This document shows positions 47,095-57,002 of a stretch of DNA of 64,000 bases, piece after piece; position 1 is the stretch's first letter, and each line of letters begins with the position of its first letter. Position numbers and translations under genes: made by a program. This DNA is from an uncultured delta proteobacterium (GTDB lineage: Bacteria > Desulfobacterota > Syntrophobacteria > BM002). The stretch is from contig CAVQGX010000031.1 of NCBI GenBank assembly GCA_963712115.1, positions 256,001-320,000 of the forward strand, read 5' to 3'. The notes beneath the pieces were generated by a model. That model was not told where the DNA came from. It worked only from the letters and a program-made list of their open reading frames with translations, and made no database searches.

Positions 47095-49332
47095 CTAGAA
47101 ACCCTTATAAGGATTGGGACCAACTTCATCCAGCCTTTCTGAGAACTCATTTATAGCCCTGGGCAGGTCGGGATACTCGCTGATCTGCAGCTGAATCAGC
47201 TGCACCCGGTCGGACTCGAGGGCCAAGCGGTTCAGGGTTTCCGCCACCTTGGACAACCGAATCTCTGCCAGCTCGCTCCCCTTCATAAAGTGGCACTGGT
47301 AATTATCCCCATGACGGCATCCTAGGAGCAAAATACCATCGATGCCCTTGGAGAGGGAGTCGGCGACCCAGATGAGGTTCAAACCTCCCAGGCAGCGCAT
47401 GGGAATGACCCGGGCCCAGGGACTGATTTGCTGCCGGGTGATCCCCACCATATCCAGAGCCGGATAGGCGTCGTTTTCGCAGGCCAGGATGATAAATCTC
47501 GGCTTCTCGTCCCATTCGTCCGGCACGTTGATGCTCTTGATGATGCTACCGATCATCCTAACCGAATAATTCTTGAAGGAGATGATCCGTTCCGGGCAGG
47601 CACCCATGCAGACTCCACACCTGCGGCAGCGGGTAGGGTTCGGTAGAGGATTGGCCTTTTCGTCTTCATTGATGGCGCCGAATGGACATTCAACTGTGCA
47701 ACGCTTGCACTGGGTGCACCGGTCCATGAAGAAATCAGGATAGCTCAGGTCTCCGGAACGTGGATGGACGGCCATACCCTGGGAGGTGAGCTCCACACAC
47801 TGGATTGCCTTTAGGGCGGCTCCGGTAGCATCATCGATGGTGCTGGGCCCGTCCAGGGGAGCCCGCACGCTGCCGGCATAGTAAATGCCGGTGCGCCGCG
47901 ACTCGTAAGGGAAGCAGACGAAGTGTGAGTCCGGGAACCCATTGTGCAAAGGTGGCGCCTCGGGACCCTGGCGGTATTCCAGGTTGAGCATGTTGGACTT
48001 GATAATAGTGTCGGCGGGAACCGCCACTTCTTCCGCAGCAGCACCTTCTTCTTCCAGGTCCAGACCCAGGTCGATCTCCTCACCGATGGCGGCTCTTGTC
48101 ACCATACCGGTTGCCAGAACCAGCATGTCCACCTTCAGCTGAATTTTCTCACCAAGTAGGGTGTCATTTACCTCGAGAACCACATTCTTGTTCTCATCCT
48201 CGCTGATTGAGCCCACCTCGCCTTTGGTGAGAAATAAACCTTCATCCTCTTGCATACTCTTGTAAAAAAACTCATAGTGCCCAGGAGTTCGCATATCCTT
48301 GTAGATGATGTAGGCCTTGGCGTCTTTATCCTGAAGCCGCAAATATTTGGCCTGCTTTAGAGACTCGATGCAGCAGGTCGAAGAGCAATACGGTAGATGG
48401 TTCTCATCCCTGGAGCCAGCGCAGAGGATAAAGGCGGCTGATTTCACCGGCCGGCCGTCAGAAGGTCGCACTATGGTACCTTTTAAGGCGAGCTCTTCTA
48501 TTGTTTCATTGGTAACCACATTTTTGCAGGTCCCATAGCCAAGATGCCCAAGGTTCTTGGCCTCATATGGCTTGGCGCCGGTGGTCACCACAATGGCTCC
48601 GACTTTTTCGCTGACCACATTGCCGTTCTGCTTGATGTGTGCGGTATAGAGACAGGGTGCACCTTCTATCTTCTCCATGGTGGCCCCGGTATAGATCTTG
48701 ATATTATCCTGCCCTTCTACCGCCTTGATCCGCTCGGCAATATCCACATCTTCCAAGTCAGTGTAAGGGTGCTTCAGGGGAGCCTGTTTAAACACTTTAT
48801 TCATCCAGCCCCCCAGCTGGGCTGCCTTCTCCACCAGCACCACCTCGTAACCGGCCTTGGCCGCTTCAGCAGAGGCGGTGATCCCGGCCAGGCCGCCTCC
48901 CACCACCAGCAGCCTTTTAGACATTTCCTCTTCCGGCTTGAAAGGCTCGAGGGGCTCCATGTTTTGCGCCTTGGTTATTCCCATCCTCATGTAGTCTTCG
49001 GCCAACATCTGGGTGTCTTCTTCCCCCGCGGGCTGGCACCAAACCACTTGCTCCCTGAGATTTACCCGGTCAAGCACCACACTCAGCCCGAAGTCAAAAA
49101 CATCCTGCATGACCCGGGGGGAGCAGGCAGCAACCACTACTGTGTTTACCCCATCATCACCAGCCAAATCTTCCTTGATGACCTGTACTCCCTCTTTGCT
49201 GCAAAGGAACTCGTGGTCCTTGCACACCGCCACACTGAATTCGTCGTTGGCAACCGTAGCCAGGGCTTCCACATCCAAGGAGTCCCCGATGCCACAGCCC
49301 TTGCATATATAAACTCCTATCTTCTTCTCCAT
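47095..49332 (-). CDS. qmoB: Qmo subunit B (HdrA-like FAD domain, ferredoxin, MvhD domain)
   Basis: GVYICKGC, GGGLAG, CAGSRD, CTQCKRC / CRRCGVC, ACENDAYPA..RCLG..GCRHG..CHF. Confidence 0.95.
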   Translation of the reverse strand: MEKKIGVYICKGCGIGDSLDVEALATVANDEFSVAVCKDHEFLCSKEGVQVIKEDLAGDDGVNTVVVAACSPRVMQDVFDFGLSVVLDRVNLREQVVWCQPAGEEDTQMLAEDYMRMGITKAQNMEPLEPFKPEEEMSKRLLVVGGGLAGITASAEAAKAGYEVVLVEKAAQLGGWMNKVFKQAPLKHPYTDLEDVDIAERIKAVEGQDNIKIYTGATMEKIEGAPCLYTAHIKQNGNVVSEKVGAIVVTTGAKPYEAKNLGHLGYGTCKNVVTNETIEELALKGTIVRPSDGRPVKSAAFILCAGSRDENHLPYCSSTCCIESLKQAKYLRLQDKDAKAYIIYKDMRTPGHYEFFYKSMQEDEGLFLTKGEVGSISEDENKNVVLEVNDTLLGEKIQLKVDMLVLATGMVTRAAIGEEIDLGLDLEEEGAAAEEVAVPADTIIKSNMLNLEYRQGPEAPPLHNGFPDSHFVCFPYESRRTGIYYAGSVRAPLDGPSTIDDATGAALKAIQCVELTSQGMAVHPRSGDLSYPDFFMDRCTQCKRCTVECPFGAINEDEKANPLPNPTRCRRCGVCMGACPERIISFKNYSVRMIGSIIKSINVPDEWDEKPRFIILACENDAYPALDMVGITRQQISPWARVIPMRCLGGLNLIWVADSLSKGIDGILLLGCRHGDNYQCHFMKGSELAEIRLSKVAETLNRLALESDRVQLIQLQISEYPDLPRAINEFSERLDEVGPNPYKGF

Positions 49333-49336
49333 CGGA

Positions 49337-50599
49337 TTACCTCCTCACCGTAGATTGAATGGCTTTGAGCGCTGCAGCAGTTGCATCCCGGTTGGCAGTT
49401 GCCACATCTAGCGGCTTTCTGGTGCATCCAGCAGCATAGATCCCAGGTTTTTCACTGACAACAAAGCCGCTTTCGTCGTAGGCTACATCAGTTGGCACCT
49501 TAGCGGTGGCTGTACTGGGCTCCATGCCAGTGGCCAGCACCACCAGATCCACCTTTGCCTGGCTCTTGCTACCGCCGTAAATGTCTTCGGCCGTTACCAC
49601 GATCTTGTCGCTGGCCGGATCTGCCTCAACCTTGGCAACCTTTCCCTTGATGAGGGTGACATTATCTTCAGCTGCAACTTTGGTGTAAAACTCCTCATAT
49701 TTGCCCAAAGCTCGAATATCAATGTAGAAGATGGTAACCTTGGCATCGGGGAGCTGCTCCCTGATGTAAGTGGTCTGCTTCAGCGATGCCAAGCAGCAAA
49801 TGTGAGAGCAAAAGGCCATGTAGTTCTCGTCCCGCGAGCCGGCGCACTGCACAAAGGCAACGCTTTCCACCGGCTTGCCATCGGCGGGGCGGACGATCTT
49901 CCCTTTGGTGGGACCATCAAAGGCTGCCAGCCGCTCCATCATCACGTTGGTGATCACATTGGGGACCTTGCCGAATCCCAGATTCTCTATCTTGCTGGCA
50001 TCGTAAGGATTCCAACCAGTGGCCCAGACAATGGACGCCACTTTGAGGCTCACGCTCTCAGGCTGCATCTCCAAATCCACCGCGTCGTACTTACAGGCCT
50101 CTTTGGCCTTGGTTGCCTCGTCCGTACCGATTATCTCCGGGGCAATCACATAGCGCATGGGGTAAGCCATGTCGTGGGGGAGATAGGCGGCTTTGATCTT
50201 GTCCATGTTGTAATTGTAATCGTTTGGAATTTCCGTGGTGACCACCTCAGCGCAGGCTCCACATGCAGTACAGTTCTCATTCACGTACCGCGGCTTGAGT
50301 TTGATGGTCACATCTAAGTTTCCTTCCTCTCCGGATATACTTTCCACCTCAGCCATGGTGAAAGTCTTTATCCGGGGATTCTGTCTTATGCGACGGAAGT
50401 TGATTTCCAAGCCGCAATTGGGCGGGCAGAGTTTGGGAAAGTATTGGTTCAACTGCGCCACCCGACCGCCAAGGTACGGCCGCTTTTCAACAATAAAAAC
50501 ATCGCGGCCCGTCTCGGCCGCCTCCACCGCTGTGGTCAGGCCGCTGATGCCGCCGCCGACCACCAGGATACTTTGGGTCAAACCTTTTTCCTCAGCCAT
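49337..50599 (-). CDS. qmoA: Qmo subunit A (HdrA-like)
   Basis: GGGISG, YFPKLCPPNCG, CAGSRD..CSHICC. Confidence 0.95.
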   Translation of the reverse strand: MAEEKGLTQSILVVGGGISGLTTAVEAAETGRDVFIVEKRPYLGGRVAQLNQYFPKLCPPNCGLEINFRRIRQNPRIKTFTMAEVESISGEEGNLDVTIKLKPRYVNENCTACGACAEVVTTEIPNDYNYNMDKIKAAYLPHDMAYPMRYVIAPEIIGTDEATKAKEACKYDAVDLEMQPESVSLKVASIVWATGWNPYDASKIENLGFGKVPNVITNVMMERLAAFDGPTKGKIVRPADGKPVESVAFVQCAGSRDENYMAFCSHICCLASLKQTTYIREQLPDAKVTIFYIDIRALGKYEEFYTKVAAEDNVTLIKGKVAKVEADPASDKIVVTAEDIYGGSKSQAKVDLVVLATGMEPSTATAKVPTDVAYDESGFVVSEKPGIYAAGCTRKPLDVATANRDATAAALKAIQSTVRR

Positions 50600-50959
50600 C
50601 GCATTCCTCCAAGGTATTTGGTTTTACTTTGGGGCAGGTTAGAGAAGATATACGACTAAACTCTTTGGAGGTTGCCCGGCGCATTTGAGCATTTCACCAC
50701 CACAACAATCTGCACGAACATTTCACGCCACTAAGCCGGGCAATCACCATAGGGTTCAACTCTTGTCAAAGACAGGACTCTCCGTCCCTTAATATTCCCG
50801 GAAAGGATCTTGGACCAGCCTCAGCTGTTCCTCAATATCGGCTTGGTTTTCTCTTCTTCCCATCTAGTGGGTTGGTATTCACCTTAATTTTATCTCAGTC
50901 CCACGGGGATAATAAGAAGTTATTTCAACGAGATGCAGCTGACAAACCACTGGAGACAG

Positions 50960-50995
50960 AAAATTGCTCCAGGCGCCCGCTCGGCGCCTGGAGCA
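50960..50995 (-). terminator. Hairpin/terminator after aprA
   Basis: TGCTCCAGGCGCC-loop-GGCGCCTGGAGCA followed by ATTTTCT on the minus strand. Confidence 0.7.
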
Positions 50996-51014
50996 GAATC
51001 ACTCAAGTTTCACT

Positions 51015-52904
51015 TTAGGCCTGCAACCAATTCTGTACGGGCTCCTTGCGAATAGACCACTTTCTGGTGGCGGGATCCCACTTGGAGATGGTGAAGACCT
51101 TCCAGTTGGCCTCGTCAAGGACCTCTTTGAAGTCAGCGCGGTAGTAGTAACCCGGGTAACGGGTCTCCTCGCGGAACATGAGGTGCCGCACGTGAATCTC
51201 GGAGGTCCACAACCGATGGTAGTTCTCCCAGGCCCGCAACAACTCGTGGAGACCATTGGCGCCCAGCAGCTTGGAGTCTTCATAGAGCATCCTGAGCTCC
51301 TCCAGGGCCCGCTGCAGCATGGCCTTGTTGGTGGTGTACCACATGGAGGTACCACCGGCGTACTCGTCCATGATCTTGTTCAAGCGGAACAAGAACATCT
51401 TGGGCCGGATGTAGTTGGGAGTAATATCGTCTGTGACCGTGTAACCCTTGCCCTCTTCATAGGTCTTCAGGGGCTTGAGGATCTCGGCCTTGATCTCCTC
51501 GAACTTTCCGCTATCGAGGTTCACATCCCCGGGGTTTTCCACCAGGAACTTGATGGCGGCCTTACCGGCGATGCGGCCTTCGGCGTGGGAGCCGGAGGAG
51601 AACTTGTGCGCGGAGCAGCCCACCCCGTCACCGGCGGTGAACAGACCCTTGATCGTGGTCATGCGGTTGTAGCCCCAGTTCCACTCGGGCGGTGCCAGGT
51701 CTGCCGGTCCGCTAACCCACATACCTGCGTGGGAGGCATGAGAGCCGATAAAGTAGGGCTCAGCTGCCATGATCTCGGACTTCTTCTCTTCTGGGAAGAT
51801 ATTCTGGCCTGCCCAGAGGAGCGCCTGTGAGATGGTCATGTCCAGGAAGTCTTCCCAGGCCTCGGACTCCAGCTCTTTCATCTTCTTCTTGTAGGCCTTG
51901 GGGTCATCCTTGTACTTTTCGGCCAGGGCGGCGATGGCCCGCTCAGTCCGCATGAACACTGGGCCCCTACCCTCCATGGACTCCAGCATCATCTGGTGGT
52001 TACGCAACGGCGTGGGCACTGGCTTGGCGGTGTTATACGGTGCCCAGGGCTTGAGCACGTCCAAATTGTGGATGTACTCCTCATCGAAAGCGTTGGTGGC
52101 AGACGCCTTGAAGAACAGGAACCAGGCGCCCACCGGGCCGTAGCCGTCCTTGAACCGGGTGGGGATGAAGCGGCTTTCCATCTGGGCCAGCTCAGCCCCG
52201 ACCTGAGCCATCATGGCGTAGTTGGAGCCGGCGTTCCAGGGTGGATACCAGGTGCGGCCCAGACCCTCGCCCACAGAGCGGGGACGGAAGATGTGCACCG
52301 CGCCACCGCAGACACAGACAATCGCCTTGGCCTTGATGAAATAGACCTTGTTCTCGCGGACGCTAAAGCCCGCGGCGCCGGCAATCCGGCTGGGGTCATT
52401 GGCATCGGTCATCAGCTTGACGATAAACAGACGCTCGATGATGTTGTCCACACCCAGGGCGTTTTTGGCGGCCTCAGCCACGATCACCTTGTAAGACTCG
52501 CCGTTGATCATGATCTGCCAGCGGCCGGCCCGCTGATAGTTGCCCTCGGCATCCTTCCAAATGGGAAGTCCCCATTTCTCGAACAGGTGCACCGAGGAAT
52601 CCACATGGCGGGCAATATCATAGACCAGGTCTTCACGGACGGTGCCCATCTGGTCCATTTGAACGTACTTGACGAAATCCTCGGGGGTGTTCTCGTTGCG
52701 GTCAATACCTATGTAAGTGTTGATGGCGGAAAGACCCATGGCCACCGCACCACTGCGGTCCACGGCAGCCTTGTCTACCATGAGCACCTTGAGGTTGTTC
52801 TTCTTGGCCCAGTAAGACGCCTCGAAGGCCGCACCGCAGGCGGCCATGCCGCCGCCGATGATCAGAAGATCAGTACTCATTTCTACGGTTTCAAAAGCCT
52901 CCAT
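51015..52904 (-). CDS. aprA: Adenylylsulfate reductase alpha subunit
   Basis: RSGAVAMGLSAINTY, WQIMINGESYK, RFKDGYGPVGAWFL, HKFSSGSHAEGR; ATG at 52904 with RBS GGAGGTG. Confidence 0.97.
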   Translation of the reverse strand: MEAFETVEMSTDLLIIGGGMAACGAAFEASYWAKKNNLKVLMVDKAAVDRSGAVAMGLSAINTYIGIDRNENTPEDFVKYVQMDQMGTVREDLVYDIARHVDSSVHLFEKWGLPIWKDAEGNYQRAGRWQIMINGESYKVIVAEAAKNALGVDNIIERLFIVKLMTDANDPSRIAGAAGFSVRENKVYFIKAKAIVCVCGGAVHIFRPRSVGEGLGRTWYPPWNAGSNYAMMAQVGAELAQMESRFIPTRFKDGYGPVGAWFLFFKASATNAFDEEYIHNLDVLKPWAPYNTAKPVPTPLRNHQMMLESMEGRGPVFMRTERAIAALAEKYKDDPKAYKKKMKELESEAWEDFLDMTISQALLWAGQNIFPEEKKSEIMAAEPYFIGSHASHAGMWVSGPADLAPPEWNWGYNRMTTIKGLFTAGDGVGCSAHKFSSGSHAEGRIAGKAAIKFLVENPGDVNLDSGKFEEIKAEILKPLKTYEEGKGYTVTDDITPNYIRPKMFLFRLNKIMDEYAGGTSMWYTTNKAMLQRALEELRMLYEDSKLLGANGLHELLRAWENYHRLWTSEIHVRHLMFREETRYPGYYYRADFKEVLDEANWKVFTISKWDPATRKWSIRKEPVQNWLQA

Positions 52905-52921
52905 AATTTTCACCTCCTCAA

Positions 52922-53362
52922 TTACTTCTTGGTTGGCAGCGCAGCAACTCCCAATGATGCCGGCTCAGTCCACAGGTTCTGGTCGTTGAGGTCACCAGGG
53001 CCGTCGGCAAAGCCGCCAGCGGGCACAGCACTGCCTTCCGCGGTGGTGCGGATGGGGAACTTGAAGCGCTTGATGGTGCCGTTTCTGAACTTGACCGTCC
53101 ACATGATGTCCTCGGAACCACGCAGAGGCACAACGCTGGCGCCCATGGGCACGAAGTCGGCATAACCGCGAACGTCAACCGCCTGTTGGGGACAGATCTT
53201 TACGCAGTTGTAGCACTCCCAGCAGAACTCGGGCTCCTGGTTGTAACCTTTCATGGCCTCGGCGTCCAAGACCATCAGATCGTTGGGGCAGATGTACATG
53301 CAGGCTGTCCTGTCCTGCCCCTTGCATCCGTCACATTTTTCATCAATGACGTAACTTGGCAT
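52922..53362 (-). CDS. aprB: Adenylylsulfate reductase beta subunit
   Basis: MPSYV..KCDGC..ACMYICP..CWECYNCVKICP; KRFKFPIRTT; ATG at 53362 with RBS AGGAGG. Confidence 0.97.
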   Translation of the reverse strand: MPSYVIDEKCDGCKGQDRTACMYICPNDLMVLDAEAMKGYNQEPEFCWECYNCVKICPQQAVDVRGYADFVPMGASVVPLRGSEDIMWTVKFRNGTIKRFKFPIRTTAEGSAVPAGGFADGPGDLNDQNLWTEPASLGVAALPTKK

Positions 53363-53608
53363 TGATTTCCCTCCTAAAGTTTTTTGACCAAAAAATCGTA
53401 AGTAAACAATCAACACAGCCCCGGAGTTCCCTACTCCGGAACCTAGCTAGAAATAGCCTGCTAATCACCTCCCTTCCAGTGCGTGCTGTTTAGCTGTTAA
53501 ATGGTCATAGAAAGCAGTAACTTCTATGCCGTTAGTAAAATCGGCGGGATATAACCTCCGCCCTAGCCAGTTGACTTTTGGTCGGCTTCGACCAATCTTA
53601 TGAATTGA

Positions 53609-54850
53609 CTATCTCTTGATGTCCTTCTCGGCGTCTCCGGTGGCGTGGCCGTGGAGCTTGATTTCCACCTTCTCCTCGAGACCAGCGTAGTAGGCCTGGA
53701 GAATCTTTACCACTTCCGGCCTGGAGAATTCCTTGGGCAGCTCACCGCCCTCTGACAGGGTCTTGCGAACCAGGGTGCCGCTCAGAAGCAAACGGTCTTC
53801 CTTGCCGTGAGGGCAGGTCTTCATGGAACACATACCACCGCACTTGAAACAGTGGAAGGTCCAGTCAATGGGAAGCGGCTTGAGTTCCAATGAGCCCTCA
53901 GGGATCTTAAAGAAAATCTTCTGGGCGTCAAAAGGACCGTAGTAGTCGCCGACACCGGCATGATCGCGGCCGACGATCAGGTGACTACAGCCGTAGTTCT
54001 GACGGAAACATGCATGGAGCAATGCCTCCCGGGGACCGGCATACCTCATTTCCATGGGGTAGCCGCCCTGGATGACCGAATCCTTGACGAAATAGTAATC
54101 CACCAGAGCCTGGATCGCCTTTACCCGGACATCAGCGGGGATATCACCGGATTTCAGTTTGCCCAGCAGTTGATGGATGTAGAGGCCGTCGCTTACCTCC
54201 AGGGCGATCTTGGCCAGGTACTCGTGGGAGCGGTGCATGGGGTTACGGAGCTGTAAGGCTGCCACCGTGCGCCAGCCCTTCTTCTCAAACATTGCTCGGG
54301 CCTGGGCCGGTGTTTGATAGAGGCCGGGAAATTCCTTGGGATAAAAACTCTCGCTCAGCACCTTGATGGGGCCGGCCAGGTTGATCTCTTCCTGGCCCAT
54401 GACCTTTTGGACGCCGGGATGGCCTTCAGCATCATCGGTCCAGAAAACCGACTTGCACTCGTGGACCTTGTCGATGGCGTATTTCTCCGTTACCTTCATG
54501 GTGGCCAGGATCTCTTTAGTCTCGGCGTCAAGGAGTGCAACTTCCTCTTTGGCGCCGATGCTGCCGGCCACATCTTTGCTCGCTGACAGGGTGATGGGAA
54601 TTGGCCAGAAGGTGCCATCGGTCATCAGATATTCATCGCAGACACCTTTCCAGTCCTCATAGCCCATGAACCCCTCCAGCGGGGTGAAGGCACCGATTCC
54701 CAGCATCAGAACGTCAGATGCCTCCCGGGAAGTCATGGGAACCTGCTTTAGCTTCTTGGCCTTTTCTTTTTCCGCCTTGAGTTCTTTACCTTCCAACAAC
54801 AGCGGTTTCAGCTTTTTCTCTTTTCCATGTGGAGGTACTAACTTCGACAT
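53609..54850 (-). CDS. sat: Sulfate adenylyltransferase
   Basis: [45 protein letters not shown]. Confidence 0.97.
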   Translation of the reverse strand: MSKLVPPHGKEKKLKPLLLEGKELKAEKEKAKKLKQVPMTSREASDVLMLGIGAFTPLEGFMGYEDWKGVCDEYLMTDGTFWPIPITLSASKDVAGSIGAKEEVALLDAETKEILATMKVTEKYAIDKVHECKSVFWTDDAEGHPGVQKVMGQEEINLAGPIKVLSESFYPKEFPGLYQTPAQARAMFEKKGWRTVAALQLRNPMHRSHEYLAKIALEVSDGLYIHQLLGKLKSGDIPADVRVKAIQALVDYYFVKDSVIQGGYPMEMRYAGPREALLHACFRQNYGCSHLIVGRDHAGVGDYYGPFDAQKIFFKIPEGSLELKPLPIDWTFHCFKCGGMCSMKTCPHGKEDRLLLSGTLVRKTLSEGGELPKEFSRPEVVKILQAYYAGLEEKVEIKLHGHATGDAEKDIKR

Positions 54851-55622
54851 TTCCTGTTCTCCCTTCTTCAATGAATATCCATTTCACCAAAAACTGTAAG
54901 AACTCGGGCACTTTTCCTAAAGGTGGACTTTACTGGATTCGACCTTCTTTAAACTCAGTACAAAAAGCACAAATTTATCCTGCCCCGCCCGATGTTTGTG
55001 AAAATTTGTTCTAATTTCAATGGATAAAATCTCTCTTGTCCCTGCAGTGGTATGGTTTGGAAGTCTTTTCCCTTTCAGGTGGCGGGGAAAATCCATTCAC
55101 GCAACCGCAGGTCTGCTCGTCCTTCCACTATCCCGGTGCAAGAAACGGCTGGTTTTCGTTTCGCAAAACCGGAAAGTTTCATTAAAAACAGGCTCAAGGA
55201 GGAGACATCCTCTAACGCAACCCCCTCATGCAAGACTCAGCTTTAAGCTGAGCACTACCCCGGTGAGAGGGGGAGAGAAAAACGCTTGGCTGGGTGATTT
55301 TGTACTATCTTTAACAATGTTAGAGGCAATATACCCTGTAAAATAGAAATCTGCAAGCATTTTTTTTCACAAATTTGTCGCCTTGGGAACAGATCGTGCA
55401 GGAACCCGAAAGTTGTTGACTTTATAACAAAAAATCGATAATTCAATACAAATTTCGGAATGCGGAATTCGGATTGCGGAACGGGGATTTCAGACTGAGA
55501 TAAGCAGCAAGAAGTGACTTGGCATCTCCAGTCAGCTTTGTACCCTACTGGCGCATTACACCACTCCGAAGAAGCATTTCTTAAATCTACAATCCGAAAT
55601 CCGAAACCCCCAATGACGAGAG

Positions 55623-56588
55623 GTGAGAACCTTGTCGAGTAGTCGGCCCTTTCCTCTGTACGGTTGGGTAGCTCTTTGTGCGCTGGTCACTGCCCAAGTT
55701 CTCCTTTTTGCCGGCATAGAGGTAGTGCGGTATTGGTTTTTTCCCCTAGCCTGGTGGCCTTACATCCTGCTGACAGACGGGCTTGTTTATCGGCGCAAAG
55801 GATCGTCCCTCCTTACCCACCATCCCCGGGAGTTTCTCCTTCTTCTTCCCTGGTCGGTCTGTTTCTGGCTCATCTTTGAATTGTTCAACCTGGCTTTGAA
55901 CAACTGGCACTATGTTTTGGTTCCCGAGAACATAGTGGAGCGGTGGGCTGGCTATGCAGTCTGCTATGCCACCGTGCTGCCCGGTCTTTTTGAGACTACG
56001 GAGCTCTTGGAAAGTTATGGTCTTTTCTCCAAAAGACGAATTAAGCCTATCCCTGCCTCCAACCGATGGTATCTTCCCTTTGTAGCCACTGGTATCCTCT
56101 TTTTTATCCTGCCCCTAATCTGGCCTCATTCCTTTTTTCCCCTGGTCTGGGGAACTTTCGTTTTTCTGCTTGAGCCGCTTAATCACCGACTGGGTTTGCG
56201 GTCTCTAATGAGGGAGTGGCAGCAAGGATCTCTTCGCACCTTTTGTCTGCTCCTTGTAGCAGGAGCAATTTGTGGTCTTCTGTGGGAATTCTGGAACTTC
56301 TGGGCTCTAACCAAGTGGGAATACACAGTGCCCTATGTCGGCTGGCTCAAGGTTTTTGAAATGCCTATCCTTGGTTTTTTCGGATTTCCCCCATTTGCAG
56401 TGGAATGTTATGTCATGATGAGTACTGTCACTATGCTTCGCCAGAAACGAGGATGGAAAGATCCGACCCTACCAATTAGCAAAGTCCGGGCACATATAAT
56501 TTTAATGGTGTATGGGTTGCTCGTCATTTTCTGCCTTTTTGCCTTCCACCAGATCGACCTTCACACCGTCGCTTCTTATCGGCCGTAG
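55623..56588 (+). CDS. Aromatic-rich multi-pass membrane protein, unknown function
   Basis: 321 aa; ~8-9 TM; RBS GAGG; duplicated E..N.....W.Y motif; KVFEMPILG. Confidence 0.75.
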   Translation: MRTLSSSRPFPLYGWVALCALVTAQVLLFAGIEVVRYWFFPLAWWPYILLTDGLVYRRKGSSLLTHHPREFLLLLPWSVCFWLIFELFNLALNNWHYVLVPENIVERWAGYAVCYATVLPGLFETTELLESYGLFSKRRIKPIPASNRWYLPFVATGILFFILPLIWPHSFFPLVWGTFVFLLEPLNHRLGLRSLMREWQQGSLRTFCLLLVAGAICGLLWEFWNFWALTKWEYTVPYVGWLKVFEMPILGFFGFPPFAVECYVMMSTVTMLRQKRGWKDPTLPISKVRAHIILMVYGLLVIFCLFAFHQIDLHTVASYRP

Positions 56589-56632
56589 TTCAGCAATCAG
56601 CAGACAGCTGGCAGCGAATAGGAGATACCTCT

Positions 56633-56721
56633 GGTCATTTGCTCCGCGTCATTTGGGCTGACGCCCGTCATTCGGCCTTACGGCCGTCATTATGTTGTTA
56701 CAATGAATGACCATGAATGAC
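56633..56721. repeat. GTCATT/AATGAC mini-hairpin array, locus 4
   Basis: GTCATT at 56634, 56648, 56667, 56686 separated by GCTCCGC, GGGCTGACGCCC, GGCCTTACGGCC; AATGAC at 56706, 56716. Confidence 0.82.
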
Positions 56722-57002
56722 AGCGGAGTGGAACTAGGGACCCGCTTGCGGGCCTGAGCGGAGGGAAGCGAGGGCAAAGAAATGAAAAATGGGAAATTAG
56801 AATTGTGCCTAGTGCTTAGTGCATAGTGCCTAGTGTAGTGCTGCCTGTTGCAATCTGCCTGCTGACCTCTGACCTCCGATCTCTGCCTTCTCACCCTATG
56901 CTCTATGCCCTATGCTCCATGCCTGCTTTTCAGTGCACTCCTTGACGCTCCTCCTCCCACAGGTTAAAAGATAGGCTCCCACAAGCAGAAAGGAATATTT
57001 CA

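Noticed and set aside
50964-53165. Long plus-strand ORFs (288 and 389 aa) opposite aprA/aprB
   Set aside because: Antisense shadows of GC3-rich genes with no motifs. The same applies to other long antisense ORFs such as 48544-49353, 42446-43225 and 23831-24550.
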